Of a stretch of DNA of 64,000 nucleotides, positions 38,601 through 52,908 are shown in pieces (positions within the stretch are counted from its first letter, which is position 1; each line of letters begins with the position of its first letter). The stretch spans positions 9,548,001 through 9,612,000 of the forward strand of contig OZ004613.1 of the NCBI GenBank assembly GCA_963924565.1, read 5' to 3'. The notes under the pieces were generated by a model. The model ran no database searches and was not told the origin of the DNA. It saw nothing but the letters and a program-made list of their open reading frames with translations. A program made the position numbers and the translations under genes. Origin of the DNA: Ascidiella aspersa (Eukaryota).

Positions 38601-41600
38601 ATAATGAAAGAAAGTCTAAAGAATTCCTGCCTATTAATAGCGACGTTAAATCACACTCACATATTGTTTGCATCGACTTCGGCGATAAAACTCTCCTTCT
38701 GCGCGAATTCGCTTGACACCGGGGCGCATGAAAAGGCCACGCAATGGCCAACGGCCGCGGCCCGGTTGTAAAAGTCGGACGCCTTGGCCCTCTGGGCGCC
38801 GTCCATAGGCCTGATGGCCGTTCCGTTCCAGTAGTGGGCGCACAGGTCGGTCACCAAATCGCCAGAACCGGCTACCAGCAGGTGGTCTTGCGCGTCTGCG
38901 ATTCGGTGAATTTGGTTAGAAAACCATAAATCAGATGGCATTTTTTTGACAGCAGATTTAATAAAATACTAGAAAAGAAAGTGCTGGTAAATCACAAATC
39001 TGGTTAAATCCAGTCTATAGGTAACTTATTTTGCAAATGACAGCTTCACAAACTTATAAACGGGTAAGTTTTAAAACTTTTGTATTTTTGAAAAAACTGC
39101 GGTATACGGTTGTTTGTGACATGTTTGTTTGCTTTTTTAAATATAACTCTATTCTTGGTGTGTCGCTAAAAAGAGGAATTTCCAACCAAATGCGAAAGTT
39201 AGTAATAAAGCCCAAGATCCGAATGTTTTATTTCATGACGTCCTAACAACCAAGCTACAAATCAGCAACAAAGCAAAACTCACGGTTAACCTTCAGCATT
39301 TCAGTGTTTTATAGCTAACCTAATTGTCTTAGCATTCTATTACTTGCGGTCATAGGTCACTAAGCACATGGGGCCTTGATATTGTACTTTCCCTTACTTC
39401 AGTTGTGCACTTCATGTTCATTAAGGAAATATGCTGCAGACCCAAGTAATTGACCCGGCGGGCGGTAGTTTAGTGGCTCTTGCTCTTAACTGATAAAGAA
39501 TTCAGTATTGGATCGGGCCCACCAATTTTACCTCACCTTGCATTTTTGCGACAACTACGCCGTGCATGTAAGACAGGAATGACTCTTGACTTGAGGTGTT
39601 GTGATGCGAGTGAGCTGGACTGGTGGATGGCTTGCTGGACGGCTTAGCATACAGAGTCACAGTTCTCTGGAAAAAAAGGACAACGCGAAAACGTTAACCA
39701 TTCCGTTACAATAAAACATGCGCTATTGCAGATTACAAAAAAAACACCGGTGTTAGTTAGGAATTCCGTCGGTTTAAACGGCGTATCTAGTCTTTCATGC
39801 GAGGTTTTCTTCGGCTATACCACACCGTTCTATATAGCGATTCAGATTAAAAAACAACCACTTAACAACGACCTATAAAGATCAGCATATTTTATTCAAT
39901 GCCTTTTGTAAGTCCAACAACTCCCTTTTTCAATATCATTTATTTAGTATTGATATATCAGGCGACAAAGGAATAGGTAAAATTGTGCGAACGTTTGGAA
40001 GGCATCGTTAGAAAGCGGCGCTGGTATATTTTTTTTACATGTAATGGCTAACTCATAATTTTGGACACCAAAATTGTCACTTAAAATAAAATACGCGTTA
40101 AGCATCGTAATATGCTTCACATCTAGCTACTAAACTTCAACAATTTTGTAAATAAACTGTATACGCAGTATTGGGCAACTAGATTTATTTTTGCTATTAA
40201 AGTTAGATTAAAATTTAAGGACATTTTTTAGTTTTTCAATAATAACTTGAAATTAGAAATAGAATTAGAGTATATCAGTTTTCTCAAACTAGTTTGGAAT
40301 ACGAATTACTGAACGCTTGAAAATTAGAATATAAACTAAAGTTTGAACTAGAATAACATTAAATTATTCACAATCAAGTTTAAATAGCAATTTATTTTCA
40401 GAAAAATGTAAATAGTGAATATTCCTGTGCCAGAAATCGCCTATGCTTTTTCGGCTGTCGTTCCGCCCGAAGAGCATTAATTAAAATTCTTTATTTCGAC
40501 TTTTTTCGACTACTTTTGAAAAAGTAGCGTTTTTGGTAAAACCGACTAAAATTGGAACTAGAATTAGAGCCCACACGCATTTCGTGAATTAGCTCTAAAT
40601 CATTGAATTAAAAAACTAAATAATATATAGTTGTCCAAGTCTGCGAATATTTAACGAAACAAACCATAAGGCACCTTAGGAACATAAAGGAACGTGACTT
40701 CGTCGTCAAAACCGGTAAGTTGGGTTAAAGCACGAAGACCGCTCTTGATCGTTGAGGCTCCTTTATAGAAAAAACAGACATACCTTGTACAAAACAAAAA
40801 CCTGAAGAATTAAAACATGAAAAGTAAAGGTTCAAAGTTCAAAAGATAACGGATTTCAGCCGTGTGGTTGCTATAGTTGATGTTGTGTTATAACCTCAAT
40901 CATTGTTAGTTAAATTGTAACGAATGTTATGGGGCCAACATTTCGCTGAAAATATGTTAGGAACAATTTAATATTGTTGAAAATTTAAAAAAGGTAAAGT
41001 TTTATGTGATATTATAACAGGTTTAGTTCACCTGGTCCCGAGAGACCCTTGCTTTGCGCAATACTCCCGATGTCCTTTTGGTGCTGCCTTAAGATAGATT
41101 GTGGCTCACACTGATCAGTCGGTTTTGCATCACCTCCTTTGAGCTTTAAACAAAGTGTCGAAAGACGTAAAAATACGACAAATATTATATTTTCCACCAT
41201 ATCAGCACAATGCAATAAAGGGTTACGCGGACCTTGTATTGTTCTGTTAAATCAGTGGCCCAACTATTTGTTCTCTCGACCCCTTTTAAGTTCTCGATAA
41301 CTTGCGCGACACGCCAATGATAGTGTATGATACATAAACTAGAGTCAATAGAAATCACATTTCAAACTTACCAGACGGATTGTATCAAAATTTGGCTAAA
41401 ATGTCCCGATTTAAGTATGCACAACAAGTTAAAGTTTCGGCTTGAGCGTCCGTTTATTCTTATTAGACATTGTTTGATTGAAGCTCACTTGATTCACAGC
41501 AAAAGCCACATAGACACAAATGTAAGACTGGCGGTTGCTTTTGCTCCTTCTATACTGCTGAACGTTTAGTTTACATTGCTTAGTACTTTCTAGAATTTGA

Positions 41601-44600
41601 ACTAGAATCACATTTAATTCTTTAGAACCAAATTAATTTAATCGCAATTTATTCTTATAAGAACGTGAATGGATAATTCGCTGTATGCGTGTGCTAATTT
41701 TTATGCCTTTTTATGCTTTTTGGACTGTAAAAATACGTCTTTCCAACTAAAAAATTATAATCAAAATTCTGTTTTTAAACTGAGAGACTAAAAATGCCGT
41801 TGGACAAAGTAGTATTTTTGGTAATATCCGAATTAGATTATAATTAGAATTAGAGCACTCAAGCAATTCACAAATTAGATTAGAATTAGAATTTGCCGCA
41901 TTTTGCTCTAATTCAATAAATTAGAAAACTAGATTTTATCTAGTTGTCCAAGTCTGATCCAAACGCATTCATTTCCACCAACCTGCTGCAAAATACTGGC
42001 GACGTCGGCCAGAAGAGCTTGTTCTACGGCGTCCTTAGCGTTGGGAAAGTTGGCCTGGCTGATCTGCAGACTCGGGTGGGTGACCAGGATGTCAAGGCAG
42101 ATCGCCTTCAAGGACGAGGTCTGATCGCGCCAGTTTGGTTCGTCGAAGTAGATCTATGCAGTGTTTTTTTTTTCGTTAAAAACAGGTGGCATTGTGCAAC
42201 TTTTCTCTTATAAAGAAATTGTGGAGGTCGTTTAATATGCAGTAGACTCGAAGCCTTTAAAATAACTTTTAGGAATTAGAGTCGTGAAAAGTACCCAAGA
42301 GTGTATAGCAGTGATTCCCAAACTGTGTGCAGCGGCGCAATACTGTGCTTTAAGTGTGCCGCTAAACTTTTTGTAATTTCGGAAAATAGAGTATTTGAAT
42401 TACCAATAGGCATACACGCAAACATTATAAACTTAAATACGCACTATCCATTACAAATTATTCACATTGAGACATTTACATTCGGTTTGTCGTGTGTTAA
42501 GGGCGTTGTAAAATAAATCTATTCTTGTTCTGTTAAAAGTGTGCCGCGAACAAAAAAGTTTGGGAACTACTGGTGTATAGTGTATACTTTACGATTATAT
42601 AGTGTATACACTATACAACTAGAAATGTATGGATGAAAACTTTTAGTTTGTCTAAAAAAGTAAGTTTAGTAAAATATGTGTATTAAAATAAAGTTTAAGC
42701 ACTATAAGCAGCTTTGGACAAAATAATCAAGTGGCCTTCAGGAAAAATATCCAAGCCTTTTATCAAGTTGATTTTAAATTAAGAAAATATATATTGAATT
42801 TCACGCGATTTTCGTGTTAAAATTGTTTGAACTTATAAAGGATGTTTTTGAAACTAAGAAGCCGGAAGCGTTACCTTGTTGGGATCCTGGGTATCTTGCG
42901 ACAAACTTAAAACTTCGATTTGAGCGTCCATGGAAGAGTTCGGTGGAATGGTTGCCTCCTAAACAATCGAGAATTTACAGGTTTATGAAAAAATTAAAAA
43001 AAAATTTTTACCGCACAGTTTTACGAAAAAAATTTAAAGATATTCAATATATTTTATGAAAAAATTCCATTCAAAGACTTTTTAAATAAATTTATTGCTT
43101 TTTAAAGACCTAAAATTCGATCGCTCGACGTTATTTTAATATAATTCGAAAACAGAACAAAACAAATTTAATAATCGGCAGAATAAAAAATGTTTTTTTA
43201 ACCGGGCTTACTTAGCAACACAAAATAAATGTAAAGACTATTGAAAGGCTTTTGAAAAAACGTAGGGTTTTTCAAAACACAAATCCATTCCAAAAACATT
43301 CAGAGAGATTTAAAAATGTGTGACAACCCTAAATTTAACATATTTTATTGCTAGATAGCAAACAATAGTCATGTAATGTTCGGCCTATGCTTTGTATTGT
43401 CTGAACTGGCATTCATAGAAACAACTAAATGATTTGATATGGGTATTGTACAATATTATAGTAAAGCACTCACAGTATCCAATGTTGTGTTGACTGGTGT
43501 TTCGTTGCTGCACTCTTCTTCTTTTTCTGCCAAATTGTAAAGTTAATTAGAAGTTTTACTATTTTATTAATATAGAATGTCATGTAGAAAAATGTTGGTA
43601 GTTGATTCGAACAATTTTTGCACACTTTTTTATGAAAACAGGTTAATTCAGAAAAACGTCCCAGCATTAAAAAAATAAAATACGTGTTTTTGACGTGTTA
43701 AAAAGTCTTTCTGGTTTGTATATTAAAATTTGTTTTTAAAGTTTAACAATTATGAATTTTAATACGCGCTTTGCTTAGATTCAGCAGCAAACGTAGCACC
43801 CTTTTCTAAAAAGGCAAAATTACAATTATTTTGATAATGAAAATAATACCGCTTTTGCCTTATTTATGAAACAATTTAGATACCATAAGAACCTAAACAT
43901 ACATTTTAAACTAAATTTCACGATTGTTTCGTTACGCGTTGTGAACATCGCAAACGACGTGTGTCAAAAAACAACTATTAACCTGCAAAATCATTTTTTA
44001 GGCTTTGGAAAGGTTTCGAAATCGAGGCTGTCGGGGCCGATCCGAAAAAGAAAACTTTCTCCGGGTAAGGATTAATCCAAGACAAGATGCCTTCCTTGTT
44101 GATGCAACAGAGAACCTGTGGAGAAAAACAACGACTGCTTAAAATTCAAACGAAGCCATTTAACTATACAGGACTGAATGTAACACAATTTATACGGAAT
44201 ACTTAAACATGCTGCCAGTGTTGTAAACCAGTCAGTTTGAAATGAGTAAGGTCCCAGTCAAGTCATTTTAAATAAATAACAAGTTAAGTGCGTCCAAAAA
44301 AAAATTTGTCCAAAAGATTCAAGTCAAGTAACTGAAAACAGTAACATAAGTGCACATTTGACTTAATCATTACAACACTGCATGTTACTCTAATTTGTAT
44401 ACATTGAGAAGTTAGGTGTATACCCCCTTAAAAATAAGAAAATCGTGTACATTATTTTGAGTACGATTGTATTCCTTTCTGTGTGTCGCCGCACTGTTAT
44501 TATTTTATACACTGACAAACCACAGCAAAGCAAAGACAAATATGTAGAAGTGTTGCGCCAAATATACTGGATCCTCTACTTCACGGCCTGACCGGTACAC

Positions 44601-47600
44601 AAGGCAAAAATCGTATTAAATGCAGCAGTTACAGAACACTTATAATAAAGGCGAAAACGGTATGCGGCCAGCGACACAAAGAGGGCTCGAACGTTTAGTC
44701 GCAATTTCCAATGGTCCCAGGCTCCCCAAACCGGACTGTTTTTAACCACACAATCTTCAACAAAAGTATAAGCTACGAGAAAAAGGTGTCAATGAGAAAC
44801 GTGAAAAGATGAGAAATACCAGGTGAAATGTAATGTGCCGCAAGTGTGAAGATAGGTGAGAAAGAAAGTGATAACGCAATGGTGAAAAAACGCATACAAA
44901 ACGAAGAATTTATTTTTGCGCACAACGCATTGAGTGCAAAAATTTATGAATTTTACCAACCGTTAGTGAACCGAGGCTGTCGAATGACCCGGCAATCCTG
45001 GTCGACACTTTTTTGCTTCCAAACAAAATCTCCGGGATAAGATTGACCCACGACGAATTAGCGACCGAAGACTGCGCAAAATGAGAAAAAATGTAAAATT
45101 TTAAAATTATGTTTCAAGGCGCAACGAACAGACAAAGGAATTGCAGACTTGAATTCAATCTATGTTAAAAAAATACTTTGGCGCATTTGGGGATGCTGGG
45201 AACCACTTCATAAAATAAACAGCATGCTATACAATCAAAGTCTCCCCCTTTTTACTTCTTGTACATTTCAAAATAAACAAAAAAGAAAAGTTTGCAAAGT
45301 CAAATAGATATATATATATATTTCGACTGAAATGGCATTTTTAGCTTTGAATTAGCACGAATCGATATTTTATTCACACAATTTAGCCCAGCGAAGTGGA
45401 CACAGAAAGACTGGTTACCTCCATGTAAATGGTTTGCGACTGCGCTCCGCTGATGCTTTGAACAGTCGCCGAACTGGGAAGCACTTCCTGAAAAAAAGAA
45501 GAAATTCAGAAATAAAGAAAGTCAATTGCGTAAAAAGAAGGCACGACATAATTTTTATTTTTTTAAAATGGAACAAAACAGAAAAATTATAGTTATGCCT
45601 TACATGGAAAAAATGCACTGTTTGTCGTAAATTTTACAAAAAAATATCAGTTTCGATTTTTATTAGTGGTAAGGCCACTGGAATATTTATTTCAAATTAA
45701 CTTTGACAACTACGCCAGTTTTGCTTGTAAATATATTCATCTAAATAGAGAAAGGTTCTGTATTTTTTTCGATTTCCTAAATGTAAAAGAATCCAGGTTA
45801 TGCCACTAAGGCCATTATAGTCAATACAAAGATTTAATAATATAGCTAATGTTTTTCTCTAAATAGCGACTAGGGATGTCCGATGTTATTGGTTAGTACT
45901 CGTTATTAAGTGATAGCATTTGTAGCCGTTCCGATACTCAATGATATCGGGACCAATCCGATACGAAAATGACACATAAAATCGAAGGTAAAATACAAAT
46001 TTTGGTTTAATACCCAATTTTGCTTGTTTGACCATAATAATGACGTCATTTGATAACAGAGGATCGCGCTACGTTATACCCATAATATCATAAAATCAGT
46101 ATCGGAATAAAATGCCAAGAGCCGGGCACCCCTATAATAGCAACCGTACATTAGTTGATTCATTACAAACTCAACTCCAACCATATAACAGGAAATCAGC
46201 AAAACCACATAACACCAAATCAGAGAAAAATGTCGCCCCATACCCTTTTCCCTTTGGCCGTTCGCTTTCCTCCGAGACACGGCGAAAGGGTTTTGGCTTC
46301 TCCAATCGCGAACAACGTGACCCAAATGACAGGGCAGGCGACGGGCAGAACGGGTACCAGGAACAGGGCAGGAGTAGACAGAAAGACCTCAAACCAGAAG
46401 GTTTCGATTCCCCATTCGGCGAACAGAGAGACTGGAACGTGGGTTCGGTTCAGCTCGCTCAGAAAGATGGTGTGGTGCGAGCGGAAAATGTACCAACCTA
46501 TGCCGATCACGCCCGAGCATATCTGTAGAAAAAAACGCCAAACAATTCCTGAAATTTTTATGCGTTTTGAAGTTACAGCCGATGAACAACGGCGAATGTT
46601 TCGTTCATAAAGTAATTTTGAAATAACTCATTTCCAAAATAATGTAATTCAAAGTCAAGTCACGGGGAAAAAATTGTTGAACTATTTAAACTTATAAAGC
46701 CACCCAATTTAGAGCAAACTTTTTTACAAGCAGCAATTAGGATAAAAATCAACCAAATTTGACATAACTTTTAACGATTTACGGTGAAATCAAGTTTTTT
46801 CAAAGAAAAAATGTTATCTTTATTTTTTTGCTACTTTGACCTGATGGAAGCACGGTTGTGCGAAGGCTTGTCAATATTTCAATGCAATGTGTCTTTAAAT
46901 AGTGCCACCTGATTACCCTATTTAGAATAGACAAATCCGTTCAAAGGTTAATTAGTTACAGTGATTACAAAGAAAAGTCAAGCTATTAAAACAGATGCGA
47001 CAGTGCAGCATGTTAACATTAATCTGTGTTTAAAACAAGGCATTAGATCAAAAAGTGATGTACAACTGACGAGGTAAGGTGCACTTGAAAGCAATTTCGT
47101 GATAAATCTTTTAAACGTTATCTGCACACTTTTCATTTGCAATTAGTGTTACTTTCAACATTACCACTAAATTCATTTATTTTTGATAGGCAACTCGACT
47201 CGATGACCGTAAAGTTTTTTCGCTGTCCTTGTGTTATTCTGTATAATCTTTTTCAACATTTGCAAAGACGCACAAAAAGTAAATTAAACCTTGAAACCAG
47301 CTTAAGAAATGCGACACCGTCCATTTATAGTAAGTTTAAATCACCCAGGAACCAAAAAAAATTTCTTCTTACCAGCATGATAGGAAATGCAATAAAGATG
47401 AACATGTACATCAGGATCTCTCTTCTCTTTCTTAACATGCTTTTGTTGTCGTCTGTTTTTGAACTCGCGGGCGGTGGTTGGTTTTCAATATTAAGGTAAG
47501 CCTCTAGGTTTTCAATAATGGGACTTTTTACGACCTTAAACCTGTTAAACAAACTTGATATACAAATCAAATAAATAAACAGCAACTTTCTAATGAAAAA

Positions 47601-49542
47601 TTCTTTTTATCGTTCATTTGTAAGAAATTAGACACAAAGAAGGAGCAAAAAAAGTTTAAAGATTTAAACTGTAATATACTTACCTGTGATCACATTGGTC
47701 TGGATGATTTGACATAATTTCACTCGTTAAAGTTTCATCCTTGGCCAAAGTTACGCACAAATCCTTTAAATTCAACATAAAAGAAGCTTGAAAAAAATAT
47801 GCGACCCACCAACGTAAAACTTAGTTAATTATTAAATATAACCTGGGTACAAATCATCCAATAATGAACAAAATTACACAGGACTACAAAGGTAGTCTCC
47901 AATAAAAGCTATTGTAATATTATTATAAACTAACTAGAAATAAAAAAAAATAATAATTAAGCAAATTATTTTTAGCAATTACCACAGCACATGTGACGTT
48001 GCATGGCGAACTTTGCCCAATGCACAAGTTAATTACATCACCGGTTGATATCAACGAAGTGGGAATAGATACTGGTTTTGACAAAGACCTACCTTAAAAA
48101 CAGTAGAAAACATAATAACGGACGGTAAATAGCTGCATTGACTCAATACAATTTAATCACCGCATAAATTATAGTTTCAAGTCATCTACTTTATTTTTCT
48201 AAGTTACCCTTTGTTGTAACTGTGGTAAAGCTGTATGATGGACTAGAAGCATTTGACAAGGATTCTGCCAGATTAAGGAATTCACGCAATCCTGACGAAT
48301 CAATTGTACAATCTAAACATAATGTAATTTTCAATCGAAATATGACGAAGGAAAATACTAACAAATCAAAATTAAAACAAATAATACAATAGAATCCTAT
48401 CGTATTTAAGAAATTGAATTTATCACTTGAACTATACATTTCAATCAAAATATCACAACGGAAAGTACTAACGACCGAGTCAAAACAAATAATACAATAG
48501 ATTCCTATCATATTTAATAAATTGAATTTATTGCTCGAACTGACCTGCAATGCTTTCACTTAACCATTTAAGCTTTTTGCAAACTTCGTTTTTTGCAAGT
48601 ACTGCTTCATGGCAGGATACAGCAAAGTTTAGAGCCAGCAGAATCAGGTAAATGGATCCCACCCAGTAATCACTCCTAAATTAGGAAACGCATCAAAAAG
48701 CAACAAAAATAGTAATGAAAAAATATGGAATATTTTGTTACTAAGGATTGCAAATTATAAGAATATGTGTTTAATTTTGAATATACAAAAAACATATTGT
48801 TTATACAACAACATGCTGGTTTAACGTTAGTTTTGCTTACCCACTGTCCAGTAAAATACCTCTTGCATAAAAGCAAAAGACACAGATTAGAGAGAGAAGT
48901 ACAACGGGCCATGGAAGAAGGGAACCAATCCCCAAGGCTGTCTTTCCAACCTGGATAATAAAATTTAAAAAAGTTTTTGGAAATCATAAATGGCAAAACA
49001 GTGTTCTTTTACTAGCAATATGTACATAACAATGCTAAAATTAAAATTAGAAGGAAAAGTTATACTATGTAACAAAATTTGGATTTAAATTGTATTTGTA
49101 AACTGCAATGGTTCAAACAGAGCTTTATTTATAAGCAAATAATATAACAATGTTTAAGTTTTTGGGAAAAAAATTACACTTTGATTACACAAAATTTGAT
49201 GAAAAAAAGGAATAAAATTACACTTTGTAACAAAATTTGATAAAAATATTTTATTCATTTGAAAGCGCTATGATCCAAACAAGTGTTTTTATTTATGAGC
49301 AATTGAACAAAATAATTTACCAAGGTTTCAGTTAATAGTAGGGGTAAAGATTAAGGGTATATGTTTTCAACAATCACTGATATTATTCTTTGATGTAGCA
49401 TATTTATACCTATTAGACTTAGGACAAGCAGTTTTCTATACATTACCTTGGTAACACTTGGTCTTTCCAACTGGGCTCTTAGTTGGTCAAGTTCCTTCGC
49501 CAAAGTGGAAAAATCCAAACAGGAAATGTCTTGCATCTCCAT
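23614..49542 (-). CDS. TMEM94: Transmembrane protein 94 (P-type ATPase-like, ERMA), 32 exons, about 1344 aa
   Basis: Exons (high-low): 49542-49447, 48950-48841, 48675-48545, 48312-48208, 48092-47983, 47763-47684, 47541-47373, 46522-46244, 45487-45419, 45071-44961, 44115-43983, 43526-43474, 42958-42875, 42153-41983, 41143-41032, 40760-40675, 39666-39537, 38895-38661, 38277-38127, 37321-37192, 36729-36632, 36225-36126, 35266-35158, 34473-34341, 33411-33286, 31932-31769, 30547-30346, 29998-29955, 29103-28943, 27821-27728, 26835-26730, 23766-23614. All are GT-AG and phase-consistent. Hallmarks: GQIFLGMVSLQYQ, ACIRFVHF, VFAEKMGIEVGWNCHISL, AKLPRGIE...IENVDNVPLLVPLFTDC and C-terminal EFGTKLGMNSPF. 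Confidence 0.93.
32776..33210. repeat. Tandem repeat, 3 x 142 bp, inside a MITE in a TMEM94 intron
   Basis: Near-identical units start at 32778, 32920 and 33062. They explain the three repeated pseudo-ORFs in the track. Confidence 0.95.
35759..36108. mobile_element. MITE family with CCGATA/TATCGG subterminal repeats (representative copy)
   Basis: TAGGGATGTGCGATA ... TATCGGCCATCCCTA. Related copies at about 24480-25145, 28840-28931, 31200-31320, 37530-37925, 45871-46132, 55680-55740 and 58425-58680. Confidence 0.75.
37979..38100. repeat. Degenerate short-period (7/14-bp) tandem array (catcaaatattcaaa-like)
   Basis: Repeated aacatcaaatattc / aaacatc units. Confidence 0.7.
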
Positions 49543-49973
49543 TTCAGAGATGTCGTAAGCAGCCCAAACATACCAGTTATACTTTATTGCCTAAGATCAA
49601 ATTTCTAAGGAACTTGAACTAGGATAACATCAATGTACGTAACTTAAAATGTAGAACAGGTCGAGAACACCAGCAATGAGGAAGAAACACAATCAGAAGG
49701 TTGATCCAACAATATCATAATTGTCAAGTTGAAATAGAGGTTTTTCGCAAATGCACAATATTGTTATTTTGCCTACTCCAATATAGGTTTTTCAAGTTCA
49801 ATGTAAATTTCACAATAGTAAAAACATTTTTTTCACATTTGAAAAAAGACAAACAGCAACACAATATATCAATGAGTTGTAATATAAACTGAATACATAT
49901 ATGTTGTGATTCCAATGTTCATAATCTTTTTATTTATCAAATATGGCAGGTTAATTTATTTCCTAGTCCAAAG

Positions 49974-52559
49974 TCACACCTGTGTGTTTGTGTCTATATC
50001 TTCTTCAGAACCAGCAGCATTTAAATCCTGGCCAGATGCAGTGGTTGGATCACTTTTTACAGCGTGGACAATATAGTTGAGCTCTGTGTTACTTGTCCAA
50101 GACCACTTGTTGCGAAAAGGGTCATAGCACATCCCATGTAACTTGCGCAGTGGGCAGTTTTCTGTAACAATCAACAAAAAAGCTAAATTAAAAACTAGTA
50201 TACTCTTGCTCTTATTTTAATAATATAAAAATTTCAAACATGAACTCCACCATTTAAAATTCATTTTAAAGCAATATTATAACAGAAAGAATACCTTCTA
50301 GTAAAGCGGATTCAATTTCATCTGGTGACAAAAATTTGTCCCAGTTATGAGTTCCTGGAGCAACAACGTTAAGAACATATTCTGCAGCAACAATTCCCAG
50401 AGCATATGAAAGATAGGTCCGATTCATTGTACTGATAAAGAGAGAACCTCCAGGCTGTATGAGAAGGAAAAGTCAAAGCGTTAGTTATGTTTCACAATCC
50501 TGGCTAATATTTTACTGAACTGCTGTGAATACTACATTAAAAAGACAGTGTTCTCTAGGTTTTTCCAAAGATAAAAAGTATTAATAGCGAGTGAGCAGTG
50601 GAGTTAATTGCATATTAAAATACAATAGTGTGTCAATTTTTTACACTTACATAATTAACCAATATTTGTTTCAAGATATAAATCTGAAAATCACAAACTT
50701 GCTTGCATAACTGCAACAATTATCACGTAAAGAAGTAAACAGATGATATGTCAAATTTTGCAACAGTGGAAAAATGGGTGCTGGTCTAGAATCCTAGAGC
50801 AAGAAACATTTTTTTGGTTAGGGTGTGGGTAGGTTAAGCAATATTTAAAAATAATAAATTTGATAATACTTTACCCACCCAAACACAAACACTAACCAAC
50901 ACTGTAACCCAAATATTGTGCGTTGCTTTAATAATTGTTTGAACGCTATGGTAGGATTCTAGACCAGTGCCAAATAATCAAAAAGTAGTTTACTGCAATG
51001 CTGATACTTACCTTTAACACTTTACTGCACAAGCCAATGAAGTTGCGGTAATCGTTGACATGTTCAATAACCTCAGAAGCCACGACTGCATCAAACTTAA
51101 TTGACCCAACAGCAACAAGGTCCTCAAGCCATGAATCAAGGTACTGAAGATTTTCTAGGTCTTTGTCATCTCCTCTGTTGAATTTGCGAAACCCAAGTTG
51201 GGCATAAAAATGTCATATAATGCAATGCTTCTCAACCGGTGGGTTGCGAAGCATTTCAAAATGTTACAGTTTTCTATTAGATCGGGAAATTATTGCATTA
51301 TCATTACTTAACATTTCTGAAACAATGTAACTTATATGCACCAATCCAATATGCAAGATCAAGTTTCGCAATAAGAGAAAATTGCATGCATGTGTATACA
51401 TTGTTTCTTTTCTCATTCATTTGTTTTTTATTGGGCATATCTTATTGTGGATTGCACAATAAAACTCGCACTAAAAGTGGGTCGCAAACTGAAAAAGGTT
51501 AAGAAGCACTGATATAATTGATTATACAAAAACTAAATATATATGTAAAGTTTTTTTTTTATATCACAATATTACATGTTATTCCCACATTTTTTCTTCA
51601 TTTAAAATGTTTTATTTTCATAAAAGCGAAACCTGTCAAACAGTTTGTAAGCACCTATGTGTACGCGCAACTTCCAAAGCATCTGTGGATGAATCGATGC
51701 CAACCACAGTGGCTCCAAGTCTTGCAAGTGGTTCCGACAAAATTCCGGCGCCACAACCAACATCCAAAAGCTTAAAACAAAGAACTACACTTAATATAAA
51801 TATCACTTACTATAATAGAAGATCGCCCATGGACAACAGGTCAGTTGACATATCGATTTGCTACATAAAAACTAAATGTTTATTACATAGAAACTAACTG
51901 TTAATGGCTGTTTATAGTTTCTTTTTACACTAACTTGCCTCTACTCCTTCCAATGGTTTAGGGCAATTTGGCTTTCCATGGCCTTCATAAAGCAAGCAAT
52001 CCCTTATAAACGGAACACGCAGATTGTTCATGGTGTGAAGTGCCATCATTTCACCTCTTGTATCCCACCAACTGATAATAAACATTCAAATTGTTAAATG
52101 ACATTTTAATTACTTTTTTATGGTTCAGTTTCTATTACATTTATGTTTGCACCACATTTACATATAAATTTAGAAGCGTTTTATTCTTGCACAACATAAC
52201 CATGAAGGCCTAAAATTCCTAAACAACATTAGATCTAGCTCATAATACAAAATATCGCTCATAATACAAAATCTTTTTATTGCCACAGTATTAAAAAATC
52301 AGTCACTTTCTAACCTTGGGGCTAACTTGGAAAACTTTTCAGTTTCCTCTTCAGAAACTGAGCTTGAAAATGGCATTATTTGTTGGACTCCACCACCCAG
52401 AGTAGGCTTTTGCTTTACAGCAAGAATCTTCAATTTTGGATGAATCAAGAAATATGAAAGATCTCGTTTTGGGGGGTGCAAAGTTAGCTTTTCAGATATG
52501 CTTGACATCCTGAAGCCACGAAACAAGTGCCGCCCACACATATTACACACATTTGCCAT
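49974..52559 (-). CDS. COQ3: Ubiquinone biosynthesis O-methyltransferase COQ3, 6 exons, 334 aa
   Basis: Exons 52559-52315, 52071-51939, 51770-51655, 51174-51012, 50454-50295, 50161-49974. Motifs [80 protein letters not shown] and GTHNWDKF. The N-terminus is presequence-like. Intron 2 is GC-AG. Confidence 0.95.
50777..50971. mobile_element. Palindromic MITE (same family as 16505-16701) in COQ3 intron 4
   Basis: GGTGCTGGTCTAGAATCCTA ... TAGGATTCTAGACCAGTGCC. Confidence 0.8.
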
Positions 52560-52908
52560 TACTATTAAGTAACAAAAAACTACTAATGTTTAACCTTTCA
52601 ATGATGTGGCCTAAAAGAAGTAGTCCTGTTTAGTACTGGCAATAAATATCAAAACCACAAAAAAATGCATAAAAGAAAGCCAAAATAATGTCAGGTATTA
52701 CTTGAAGCTAAATAATTACCAAAGAAAAGCATTTAACAAAGGAAAATAAACAAATAAATCTATAACCGAAAAAAATGTTAGGTGTTGACTGAAAAAATGT
52801 TAAGAGATAGTTTTAGAGTCATTCAAAATGTTAGGCTTGTAAATCTCAAAACCATCTGCTTAAACAGGATATATATTGCAAGAAAACATAATAATTGCAA
52901 AATATAAG

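Noticed and set aside
41352-41560. Exon-like segment in TMEM94 intron 14
   Set aside because: No phase-compatible open frame matches TMEM94, and the flanking exons join without it.
46074-46610. Several overlapping ORFs on both strands
   Set aside because: These are shadow frames of the GC-rich TMEM94 exon 46522-46244; the same applies near 31.8, 37.2, 38.8, 42.0 and 60.4 kb.
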